A DNA stretch of 64,000 nt from a virus, in the IMG/VR virus record IMGVR_UViG_3300048905_000128, one strand, 5' to 3'. Shown one piece after another: positions 42,589 to 51,145 of the stretch (its first letter is position 1; each line of letters starts with the position of its first letter). The translations under genes and the position numbers were made by a program. The notes under the pieces are model-generated. The model searched no databases. It was given only the letters and a program-made list of their open reading frames with translations, and was not told where the DNA came from.

Positions 42589-42880
42589 CGTCGCCTCCGT
42601 CGTCGGTGAGGTCGTCGGCGACCTTCTCTGCCAGCTCGCCCAGCTCCACCAGCGCCTTGAGGCGGGCTGTGAGGACGTCGTCAGGGTCGCCGCGCTTGGC
42701 GTGCTTGTGTCTCTTGTGCGATGGCGGCCGACTGGCGGTCGCGAGCTCGGCGGCCTTCCCGGCTGCCTGCTCGCGCTGTCGTCCCGAGGAGCGCACCGCG
42801 ATGATGATCGCTGCCGTGGCGGAGCCGAGCGCCGTGACGAGGCTGGCGATAGCCGTGACGAGCGCGGCTGCTCCGTCCAC
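42581..42880 (-). CDS. small membrane protein (99 aa), holin-like topology
   Basis: GGGAAGGTGA SD. N-terminal transmembrane helix and a charged C-terminus. Confidence 0.55.
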   Translation of the reverse strand: MDGAAALVTAIASLVTALGSATAAIIIAVRSSGRQREQAAGKAAELATASRPPSHKRHKHAKRGDPDDVLTARLKALVELGELAEKVADDLTDDGGDGD

Positions 42881-42956
42881 CGGTCACCTTCCCTGCAGTG
42901 CTGCGCGGCCCCCTCCGGCCCGGCTGGCGCGAGGTGGGGGGCCGCAAGGCGGTCAT

Positions 42957-43427
42957 TCATGTCTGGGCGGCCGGGATGCTCTGCGGGCGGGGCTCGGGGG
43001 CGACCACGACGTGCTGCCAGTCGAAGTCGCCTTTCGCGACCCCGTGCTCGTTGCGGTGCGGCCACTCGTGGGACAGCACCCGGTAGTGCTGCCCGGCGAT
43101 CGACACCTCCTGCCCGGTCCGTAGCGGCGCCGAGACCGGCCCGGACATCAGCTCCTCGCCCTGCGGGGTGCGAACCTTCACCCGTGCCGCGGGGGTGCTG
43201 CTGACGACCCGGAATGCGGGGTCGAGGCTCACCGCGGGGTGCGGCTCCGAGCTGACGACGAGCTCCGCGCTACCGCCGTCGGCGGCGATGTGGACGTCGA
43301 GGAGTGTGTGCTGGTAGTGGGGGTCGAGGCCGGGCATCGTGATGTGCCGCTGCAGGAGGTCGTGGAAGGTGTCGGGTCGGAAACCGCCGGCCCGCTGGGC
43401 GTGCACGGTGAAGCGGCCTGTGAACAT
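42957..43427 (-). CDS. hypothetical protein (156 aa)
   Basis: GGAGG SD 5 nt before the internal ATG 43427 (MFTGRFTVHAQRAGG...). Confidence 0.6.
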   Translation of the reverse strand: MFTGRFTVHAQRAGGFRPDTFHDLLQRHITMPGLDPHYQHTLLDVHIAADGGSAELVVSSEPHPAVSLDPAFRVVSSTPAARVKVRTPQGEELMSGPVSAPLRTGQEVSIAGQHYRVLSHEWPHRNEHGVAKGDFDWQHVVVAPEPRPQSIPAAQT

Positions 43428-43456
43428 CGGGGCCTCCGAGGTCGAGGGGGGATGGT

Positions 43457-45514
43457 TCAGACCGCGTACTGGCGGTACCAGGCGACGTCCATGCGGCAGG
43501 GGTTCATGGGGGCCCCGGGGCCGCTGCCTGAGTCGAGCTGCGCGGTGGGGTGCATCGGCGACGCGGTCTGTACGTAGCCGTTGGTGTCGTCGAAGATCAG
43601 CGTGCCGTTCAGGTACACCCGGACATGGCCGGGAATCCACTCCACCGCATAGTTGTTGAATTGCGTCAGGTCGACGGCGTTTCCTTCTTGGGCGTCCTGG
43701 CCGCCGCCATAGTGGATGTAGATGCTGAAGGTGCTGTCGCCGACGTTCGACTCCGAGAAGTCCTGTTCGCCGTCGTCGGGCCAGTTCTCCGAGTCCGGCC
43801 ACATGAGCAGCACCGGGTGGTAGTCGTCGGCCCCGCCGCCGCCGGTGCGGTAGTGGCGCATCCGCGCTTCCCACCGGTGATACCGCGTGTTGTTGTCGTG
43901 TTTGTAGGAGACCGCGCCGCCGTGATTGTCGGCGGAGCCGGTGATGGTCAACATTCCGTTAGCGACGGAACACTGTTCCGGGTAGCGGACACCCGTCCCG
44001 TTTGTTTGCCCGAATGTGTTGTAGACGTCCCACTTCGCAGGGTCGGGGTCGCCCGAATACCCGAACTCGTCCCCGCCGATCGGGCTGCCCCAGCCCTGGG
44101 TGACCGCGGCCTGGACACCGTCGTCGGCTGACCCGCCCGTCGACCCGCCGCCCGTGCCTCCGGTGCCCGACCCGGTCCCGGTGTTGCCTCCCCCTGCCGC
44201 GTTCCCGGACCCCGACGTTCCCCCGGACGCCCCGACTGTGGCGCCCGCGGAGTCCCACACCGCCGACATCCACGTGCCACCCCAGTACGGGGCCGTGGCC
44301 GCGCCGTCCGCGGCGGACTGGCTGATCAGCCCGTACACCTTCGTCCCGGCCGGGAGGAAGTCCGAGAGGACCACCTGCACCCGTATCGGGTTCCCGATCC
44401 GGGCCGGTTCGTCCTTGACCGCGACGATGTTCGTCGGGGTGTCGAGGGCGATGTAGGCGGACATCGACCCTGCACCGATGTTGCCCCAGGCGCACTGGAC
44501 GACGACGTCGTACCAGCCTGCGGTGGCGATCGTGATGTGGTCGGGTGACCCGGAGCTCCACATGCCGTCGGGGTCGAATCCGGCGTCGACACCCGACCAT
44601 GTGATCGTCTTGAGCTCGTTCTGGTTGCTGGTCATCGGGCTGGCCAGCAGCCGGGCCAGGGGCCGCCCGGTCGGGGCGGACGCGGCGTGTTTCCCGGTCG
44701 TCAACACGGCGAGGGTGTCGACGTCGTCGGCGATGGTCGTCAGCTGGGCTGCGTGGACGAGGACCCCGTCGACGAAGGTGGGCAGCGCCGCCATCGGGGT
44801 GTTCGAGCCCCCACCACCAGTACCGCCGCCACCGGTACCGCCGTCGCCGCCGCCCGCGGTGGTGGTGCGGATCGCGAACAGCTTCGACGCCGCCCCAAAG
44901 GCGGGCGCCCGGTCCGCCGTCGCCGAGCGGGCCCCGGTGCTACCGGCCGCGGTCAGGGTCTGGACGGCCACGGCGAGGGTGACGTGCCCGGACGGGTCAG
45001 ACACCTGCCCGTTGGTGGGGATCGCCATACCGGCCGGGGCGGTGTAGGTGATCGCCGCACCGAACTGGATGCCGCCGAACACGGCGACGAGGAGGTCGTC
45101 GGTTCCGGTGGGGGACACCGCGCCGACGGTCTGCGTAGTGCCCGGGGGGGCGCCCTGGCTGACCACGACGTCGGTCGGTGTGCCGTCGATCGCCCCGCCG
45201 TCGCGGACGTGGAGGACGACGAGCGCGTTCTCGTTGGGGGCGGTCACGGACAGGGTGTGCGTGCCGGCGGCGGTGCACACCTTCGACCAGCCGGCGAGGT
45301 TGAAGTTCTCGTAGTCGGGGGCTTCCGGGGAGCCCAGGCGGGCCCCCACGGGCGTCCACGGGGCGTTGTCGGCGTCGTCGGCGACACCGAGGGCGGCGGT
45401 GGAGTAGCCGTTCCCGACGAGCGCGACGAGCTGGTCGGAGGCTTCGACGTTCAGGACGTCGAGTGTGGCGCCGCCGTTGTCCGCGTTGCTGTAGACGGCG
45501 ATCAGGTCGGGCAC
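43457..45514 (-). CDS. tail fibre/minor tail protein with C-terminal glycoside hydrolase family 16 domain
   Basis: 685 aa with Gly-rich linkers. The C-terminal WPDDGEQDFSE fits the GH16 ExDxxE motif. The middle module is paralogous to 45534..46124 and 46121..46822. Confidence 0.8.
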   Translation of the reverse strand: MPDLIAVYSNADNGGATLDVLNVEASDQLVALVGNGYSTAALGVADDADNAPWTPVGARLGSPEAPDYENFNLAGWSKVCTAAGTHTLSVTAPNENALVVLHVRDGGAIDGTPTDVVVSQGAPPGTTQTVGAVSPTGTDDLLVAVFGGIQFGAAITYTAPAGMAIPTNGQVSDPSGHVTLAVAVQTLTAAGSTGARSATADRAPAFGAASKLFAIRTTTAGGGDGGTGGGGTGGGGSNTPMAALPTFVDGVLVHAAQLTTIADDVDTLAVLTTGKHAASAPTGRPLARLLASPMTSNQNELKTITWSGVDAGFDPDGMWSSGSPDHITIATAGWYDVVVQCAWGNIGAGSMSAYIALDTPTNIVAVKDEPARIGNPIRVQVVLSDFLPAGTKVYGLISQSAADGAATAPYWGGTWMSAVWDSAGATVGASGGTSGSGNAAGGGNTGTGSGTGGTGGGSTGGSADDGVQAAVTQGWGSPIGGDEFGYSGDPDPAKWDVYNTFGQTNGTGVRYPEQCSVANGMLTITGSADNHGGAVSYKHDNNTRYHRWEARMRHYRTGGGGADDYHPVLLMWPDSENWPDDGEQDFSESNVGDSTFSIYIHYGGGQDAQEGNAVDLTQFNNYAVEWIPGHVRVYLNGTLIFDDTNGYVQTASPMHPTAQLDSGSGPGAPMNPCRMDVAWYRQYAV

Positions 45515-45533
45515 GGGGCGTCTCCGTTCATGC

Positions 45534-46124
45534 TCAGTAGGGGGCGTCCCAGATCGCGGAGAGCCACGTCCCGTAGTTGCCGGATTTGCGGAGCTGCACG
45601 TCGCCGCCGGTGTCCTGCCACACCCCGACGAAGATCGACGCCCCGGCGTCGAGGTGCTCGTACGCCATGCACTGGTGGCGCAGCTCGGTGGCCCCGCCGA
45701 GTACGACGTTCTCCGAGTCGGTGACGTTCGTCGGGTCGCCGGTCCCGTTCACGAGGATCTGCACGACGCGTTCGCTGGCTCCCGCCGCGCTCTCCCAGGA
45801 GGCGCCTGCGACGAGCCGATACCAGCCGGGGGTCTTGACGGTGAGGTGGTCGTTCGTGGCCGGGTCGAACATGGCGTCGGTGTCGATGGTGGCCGCACCC
45901 CAGGACACGATCTGTGTCGTCCCGCCCGCCCCCGAGGGGATGGGCACCCCACCGGAGAGCACCACCTTGCACGCCGGTTTCGCTGTGAGCCCGGACGCGG
46001 CCGGTTTGCCCTGCGTGATCTGGCAGAGCGTGTCGACGTTGTACGACAGCAGGTTCAGCTCGAACTGGTGGACGAAGTCGTCGGGGATCCAGTCGTCGGG
46101 CAGCGGGAGAAGGGATGCGCTCAC
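45534..46124 (-). CDS. minor tail protein, receptor-binding-module paralog (196 aa)
   Basis: Shares GKPxA, VSW, DxDxM/W, TPGWYR and WxSAxWD blocks with its neighbours. GTGA overlap. Confidence 0.7.
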   Translation of the reverse strand: MSASLLPLPDDWIPDDFVHQFELNLLSYNVDTLCQITQGKPAASGLTAKPACKVVLSGGVPIPSGAGGTTQIVSWGAATIDTDAMFDPATNDHLTVKTPGWYRLVAGASWESAAGASERVVQILVNGTGDPTNVTDSENVVLGGATELRHQCMAYEHLDAGASIFVGVWQDTGGDVQLRKSGNYGTWLSAIWDAPY

Positions 46125-46822
46125 AGCTGCCGCTCCCAGCTTGCGGACATCCAGCAGCCCCAGCGGGTATTCGGGAGCAGGTAGAGGCCCGACAGGGTGA
46201 CGTTCCCGCTACCACCCTGCACTGTGTAGGTGGTTTGTGAGCTTTGGAAGACTTGCCCGTAGATGGTGGTTCCGGCCTCGCAGCGCACGAGCGCCGAGCA
46301 TTGCTGGCGGATCGGGCGGGCAGGCTCCGGCTCGATGGACGCCGTGCAGTCACCCATGAGCGTGTTCGAGCTGGCGACGACGTTGTTCCCGGCACCGTCG
46401 CCCACCGAGTTGTCGACGGTGCCGTTGACGGTGATCTGGCAGACCCGTTCGACGGTCGCGGCGTCGGCGGTGGCGGAGAAATCCCACGTCACCTGCATGC
46501 GGACCCGGTACCAGCCGGGAGTACGGACGAGGAAGTGATCCTTGTCGGCGGTGTTCCACAGGTGGTCGGTGTCGTAGTCGTCGACATCCCAGGAGACGAC
46601 GGCCTCGCCGGTGTTGGTCTGCGACCCGCCGATCCGGTTCGGCACCAGCTGTGTGTTCAGCAGCCGCACCTTGGCCGCCGGTTTCGCCGCGTGCCCGGTG
46701 GCCACCGGCTTACCGGTGGCCACCTGCGACAGCGCGTCGATCTGCGCTTTCAGGGCGTTGAGCGAGGCGGCGGTGACGACCACGCCGTCGGTGAACGTGG
46801 GAAGGGCGGCCATCGCGACCAC
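46121..46822 (-). CDS. minor tail protein, receptor-binding-module paralog (233 aa)
   Basis: TAGGAGG SD 7 nt before GTG 46822 (VVAMAALPTFTDGVVV...). Confidence 0.7.
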   Translation of the reverse strand: MVAMAALPTFTDGVVVTAASLNALKAQIDALSQVATGKPVATGHAAKPAAKVRLLNTQLVPNRIGGSQTNTGEAVVSWDVDDYDTDHLWNTADKDHFLVRTPGWYRVRMQVTWDFSATADAATVERVCQITVNGTVDNSVGDGAGNNVVASSNTLMGDCTASIEPEPARPIRQQCSALVRCEAGTTIYGQVFQSSQTTYTVQGGSGNVTLSGLYLLPNTRWGCWMSASWERQL

Positions 46823-46833
46823 CGGCTCACCTC

Positions 46834-49584
46834 CTAGAAGATCGGGACGGTGGTCTGGCCCAACACGCCGCGCGTCGGGTCTTCGAGCACCCACGCCGAG
46901 TCGACGAACACGGGGGAGAGCTGCAGGTCCACGGTCCACTCCGACGTGTCGGCGACCACCTTGATTTCGATCTTCTCGACGTAGTAGTCGTGAGAGAACG
47001 ACAAGGCGGGGGAGCGGCGGAACACCCTCACCCGTTGCTGCAGCTCGAGGCCGAGCACGACCGGCCACAGCGACGGGTTCGCCGCCGGACGCAGCGTCAG
47101 CTTGGTGATCCGGGTACGTGGCGCCCCATAGCGGGCGAGGTAGAAGATGCCCGCCTGCTCGACGTCGAAGTCGGTGTTGACCTGCAGCTCTTGGGTGAGG
47201 ATCCGTTGCCCGTAGCGGTCCTGAGCGGCCTGGTCCACCATCGGGGCGATGTTGCTGTTGTCCGGCCTGGTCAGGTTCGCCTGCGTGAACACGTACGTGG
47301 GGTCGTGGTCGGTCGAGTAGTCCGAGTAGGGCAGCTCCGACTCGTCGTTGTCGGGGTCCTCCCCGAACACGGCCACCGGCTCCTGGTCGAGGTAGCGGTA
47401 ATCGCGGTCGGGCCACTGGACGGCGCCCGCCACGTCGGCGAACAGCACCGCCCGTTCGGTCTCGCCGATCTCCTGTAGGACGTCGAGCATCGTCCGGGTG
47501 TCATAGGAGAAATCCGGGGCCATTCGGGCGTAGCCGCCCATGTAGCCGCGCGGCCCCTTCCAGTACTTGTCGAGCAGCCGCGCCACCCGGGCACCGGACC
47601 GCTCGCCCTTGTACCCGATGCCGCGCTGGTAGTGCGCGAGCCGCCGCGCCGTCATGTCGGCGATCGACCACGCATAGTTGTAGACGGCCCACCTGCTGAC
47701 GGACCCCTGGGCCTGCGGCTCCCCGAACTGGCTGCTCGCCTCGTGGTACAGGGTGTTGAACCCGAGGAAGCGGGGGTAGCCGCCCGCGGAACCGCCCGGG
47801 GTGATCGAGAGATAGCCGAGGGCGTCCCCGTCCATCGCGACATACCAGCGGGCGCCGACGACGGCCTGCCACATGTAGTGCCACTCGCCGTCGTCGAACG
47901 TCTCGAAGCTCAACGAGTCCGCGAGCCCGTATGAGGCGCCCGACCCGGCGATCCCGGTCCGGAGCGCGAACCGCAGCTGCCCGCCGTAGCCGAGCGCGGC
48001 GACGGTGGGCACATTCCAGTTGAGGCCGTGCGGATCTGCGACGTCGAGGAGTTCGAGGGTGCCGAACTGGATGGTGCCCGCGTTGTAGCGCACCCACAGC
48101 TCCCACATGAACCCGCCTGCGGTGTCCAGTGAGACGAACCCGCCCTGCACGGTCATCTCGGTGGAGCCGCCGGTCGAGGGGAACACGGCGGGGGCGTCCT
48201 TGCTCTCGCCCCTGGCTGGGTCGCCGCCTGGGTTCTGGTTGGCGAACGTCACGGCGGGGGTGCCGTCGGGTGCGGCGTCCGACCCCCAGTTGATCGACCC
48301 GCCGTCGGGGATCACCCACCGAGTGAAGCCGTTGGGGCCCTTGCCCAGCTCGGCACCGGTGTTCGGGCTGACCTGGTTGCTCATCGGGTGGTACAGCATG
48401 GGGGTGTCGGCGGCGATCTCGGCGTCGTAGCTTTGCGCGATCGCGGTCCGGGAGAGGATCGCGAGGGCGTCGACGGCCTGTAGCGGTCGCTGTGCCCGCG
48501 TGCCGGACATGTCGTAGTTGGTGGGCCAGCGTTCGACGTAGCCGGTGAACTGCGGGTAGAGCACGGGGCCGGTGAGCGTGGCGTCGCTCAGGGACGGCCC
48601 GAACTCCAACTGGTAGTCATCCACGTAGAATGTCGGATTCGCGACGCCTGCACCGAAGATGATGATCTGTTCGGCGGTGTCGACCGTCTGCCAGTTGAAG
48701 AAGATCCGCGTCCACACGTTCTGTGCAGCCGCAACCGCCGACTGCGTCGTGTCCCCGCCCGCATCGACGACCTGCGCCATCACCGTGCACCCACCCGTCG
48801 GGCGCACCCACACCGACCACGTGTAGTCGAGCGCGGGCACCGTCGGCGGCACGATCGCCACCCCATGCCCCGCGCCCGCCGCCGCCTGCACCACCTTGAG
48901 CGACGACGAACCCGAGTGGTGCTGCTCGGTCACCACCGTCCGCGTCGTCGCCTCATCGAGCACCACCCACGGCGCCGCCGGATCCGCCGAACCCGCAGCC
49001 TCGAAGTCGGGCCGGTAGTCGACCCCGAGCGTCGGGTTGAAGATGTTCCCGCTGCCCGGCTGATTCGGCCACATCCCCCACACCCGAACCGCCCGGTACG
49101 CGGTGACCGCGTTGTCCCCGACGTTGTACGGCGAGGACGGGCTGTCCGGGTTCAGCATCTCCAGCGGGTCCGGCACGTCGATCTCACACGTCCCGGCCTG
49201 GACCTGGTCCAGCTCGTACTGACGTCCGCGCGACGTCGACCACGACCGCACCACCAGGCGCCGCCCAACCCGGTTGAGGGACTGCCGGGCCGCCCCCGGC
49301 ACACCGGGCGGCCCCTGGGTGAAGTCCACGTCGAACCCCACGACAGGCCAGTTCGGGTTCGGCAGCGTCGCCACCGGCGGGGCGGCGAGCTTGAGCGCCC
49401 CCGCAACATCGGTGGCCCCGGCGACGTCCTGCACGGTGCGGGACTGCGCAGGCATCCGCCACGACACCGAGTCCACGGCGGGCGCCGAATCGAACGCCAG
49501 CCCAGGAGTGACCGGCGCCGCCAGCACCCCCGGCGACACCCCGCGTGCCGGCCGGGCGGAGTAGCTCCGACCGATGCGAGCCAT
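46834..49584 (-). CDS. large minor tail protein (916 aa) with CBM4_9-like carbohydrate-binding module
   Basis: Track ORF. The block ...SLKVVQAAAGAGHGVAI...WTRIFFNW...ANPTFYVDDYQLEF is typical of CBM_4_9. Confidence 0.8.
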   Translation of the reverse strand: MARIGRSYSARPARGVSPGVLAAPVTPGLAFDSAPAVDSVSWRMPAQSRTVQDVAGATDVAGALKLAAPPVATLPNPNWPVVGFDVDFTQGPPGVPGAARQSLNRVGRRLVVRSWSTSRGRQYELDQVQAGTCEIDVPDPLEMLNPDSPSSPYNVGDNAVTAYRAVRVWGMWPNQPGSGNIFNPTLGVDYRPDFEAAGSADPAAPWVVLDEATTRTVVTEQHHSGSSSLKVVQAAAGAGHGVAIVPPTVPALDYTWSVWVRPTGGCTVMAQVVDAGGDTTQSAVAAAQNVWTRIFFNWQTVDTAEQIIIFGAGVANPTFYVDDYQLEFGPSLSDATLTGPVLYPQFTGYVERWPTNYDMSGTRAQRPLQAVDALAILSRTAIAQSYDAEIAADTPMLYHPMSNQVSPNTGAELGKGPNGFTRWVIPDGGSINWGSDAAPDGTPAVTFANQNPGGDPARGESKDAPAVFPSTGGSTEMTVQGGFVSLDTAGGFMWELWVRYNAGTIQFGTLELLDVADPHGLNWNVPTVAALGYGGQLRFALRTGIAGSGASYGLADSLSFETFDDGEWHYMWQAVVGARWYVAMDGDALGYLSITPGGSAGGYPRFLGFNTLYHEASSQFGEPQAQGSVSRWAVYNYAWSIADMTARRLAHYQRGIGYKGERSGARVARLLDKYWKGPRGYMGGYARMAPDFSYDTRTMLDVLQEIGETERAVLFADVAGAVQWPDRDYRYLDQEPVAVFGEDPDNDESELPYSDYSTDHDPTYVFTQANLTRPDNSNIAPMVDQAAQDRYGQRILTQELQVNTDFDVEQAGIFYLARYGAPRTRITKLTLRPAANPSLWPVVLGLELQQRVRVFRRSPALSFSHDYYVEKIEIKVVADTSEWTVDLQLSPVFVDSAWVLEDPTRGVLGQTTVPIF

Positions 49585-49607
49585 GAGCTACCCCCGTCCC
49601 GGGTCGA

Positions 49608-50234
49608 TCAGTTGGTGACGGAGTGCGTGATCGTCAGCTGATCCCCGGACGCGTTGATCGTCGCCGCCGCGCTCAGCGTCGTGTGGAACAGCGGAGCACC
49701 ACCCTGGGCGCGCTGAAAGATCCCGTCCGAGTACACGGTGACCGGCAGACCCGAGTCGGAGCCGTTCGCCGTGAACGTCGCGGTCAGCGTGTAGCCCGCC
49801 GCCGACGTCGTGTGCGTGTACCCGGCGGCCTTGCGGTAGAGCCCGCCCGCGGTGGTCGCGTACTCCGAGCCGAGCGCGGTGTCGCCCGCCGCCGGGGCGG
49901 TGTTGCTCGTGTCCAGGCCCATGAAGTAGGCGGCGGCCTGGCCCGGCAGCACGACGAACCCCGGCGTGCCGGTGGGGATCGACCCGGCCGTGGTGCCGCC
50001 CGGGGTCGACGGGTTGTACCACTTGTCCACGGTCAGGACGCTGGTCGTGTGGCTGACGATGTAGCCGTAGACGCCCCCGACCGCGACGATGTGGCCGACG
50101 AGCGCCGGGCTCGCCGGGAACGGGGTGCCCGTCGCCGTGATCGTCGTCGAGGTCGCCGACGACATGGTCGCGGTGACCTGCGTCGGGTCGCCCATCTGAC
50201 CGGCCTGCTGGTCGTTGCCTGCGTTGGTCTTCAC
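49608..50234 (-). CDS. minor tail protein (208 aa)
   Basis: Track ORF. Two CCCCTACCCC copies plus GGGAG lie upstream of GTG 50234. Confidence 0.7.
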   Translation of the reverse strand: MKTNAGNDQQAGQMGDPTQVTATMSSATSTTITATGTPFPASPALVGHIVAVGGVYGYIVSHTTSVLTVDKWYNPSTPGGTTAGSIPTGTPGFVVLPGQAAAYFMGLDTSNTAPAAGDTALGSEYATTAGGLYRKAAGYTHTTSAAGYTLTATFTANGSDSGLPVTVYSDGIFQRAQGGAPLFHTTLSAAATINASGDQLTITHSVTN

Positions 50235-50250
50235 TTCGAGGTGCTCCCGT

Positions 50251-50276
50251 GGGGTAGGGGTCGACAGGGGTAGGGG
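50251..50276 (-). repeat. tandem double copy of the CCCCTACCCC leader motif
   Basis: GGGGTAGGGG at 50251-50260 and 50267-50276; the only copies in the late operon. Confidence 0.7.
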
Positions 50277-50606
50277 TCAGCCCTGGACGGTCTGACCGGG
50301 AGCGCCCGCGACTGCCGCGGCGGGCACAGCGGGGCGACCGATGGGGACGTCGCCGCCCCAGGCCGCGACGAGCGCGGCGGTGAGGGCCGGGTCGGACGTC
50401 TCGATCCACGCGGGCTTCGTGACGGCGCTGTGACGCGCCCACGCCCCGTCGTCGTGGGTGATCGAGCGGACGATCGAGGGGATCGGCTCGTCGTCCGGGA
50501 ACACGGACGTGGTGATCTGCTCGCCGAGGTCCTCCCCGGTGGCGTGGTGGACGGCCTGCGGGTTGCCCATGACGATGGTCAGCACGGGGGTTACTCCTCT
50601 GGACAT
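50277..50606 (-). CDS. hypothetical structural protein (about 109 aa; start 50606 or 50585)
   Basis: ATG 50606 (MSRGVTPVLTIVMGN...). The alternative GTG 50585 has a GAGGAG SD. Confidence 0.55.
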   Translation of the reverse strand: MSRGVTPVLTIVMGNPQAVHHATGEDLGEQITTSVFPDDEPIPSIVRSITHDDGAWARHSAVTKPAWIETSDPALTAALVAAWGGDVPIGRPAVPAAAVAGAPGQTVQG

Positions 50607-50667
50607 GACGAAGCCCCGACACCGGGGAGGCGTCGGGGCTGGGGGACTCGAGCAGGCCCGGCGGGCT

Positions 50668-51129
50668 CTACTCTTCGATCTCGATGTAGGCGCGGGCGTT
50701 GGGGGTGGACCCGGTCGCGGTGGTGACACGCAGCCCGATCCGGTTTCCGGACCCGCCGACGCCACGCGGCTCACGGCCCAGCGGGAACTGCACCATGACG
50801 AGCCCCCCGAAGGGCTGCACGTACCAGGTGCGGATGATCTCGATGGCCGACGGCTCCGCGGTCAGGGCGGCGATCGCTGTCGCCGCGGCGACGGCCGCGG
50901 TGGGCATGCTGCCCCGCACGGGTGTCACGGACGTCCCGGCGGGTGACCCGATCGTCGTGGTCCGGTAGAGCTCGACGAGCGCCCCCGTCGCGGTGGCGGA
51001 CGCGTCGAACGAGACGGCCAGCTCGGTGATGACGAAGTCGACGGTCGGGACGATCAGCAGCAGGGATTTCGCGGTCGCCGCCGAGAGCGCGACCGCCGAG
51101 GGGGTTGATATGACGTGGGTACGCCCCAC
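50668..51129 (-). CDS. minor structural protein (153 aa), paralog of 39594..40091
   Basis: AGGAGG SD 6 nt before GTG 51129. Confidence 0.65.
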   Translation of the reverse strand: MGRTHVISTPSAVALSAATAKSLLLIVPTVDFVITELAVSFDASATATGALVELYRTTTIGSPAGTSVTPVRGSMPTAAVAAATAIAALTAEPSAIEIIRTWYVQPFGGLVMVQFPLGREPRGVGGSGNRIGLRVTTATGSTPNARAYIEIEE

Positions 51130-51145
51130 GGTGAGCCTCCTGAGG

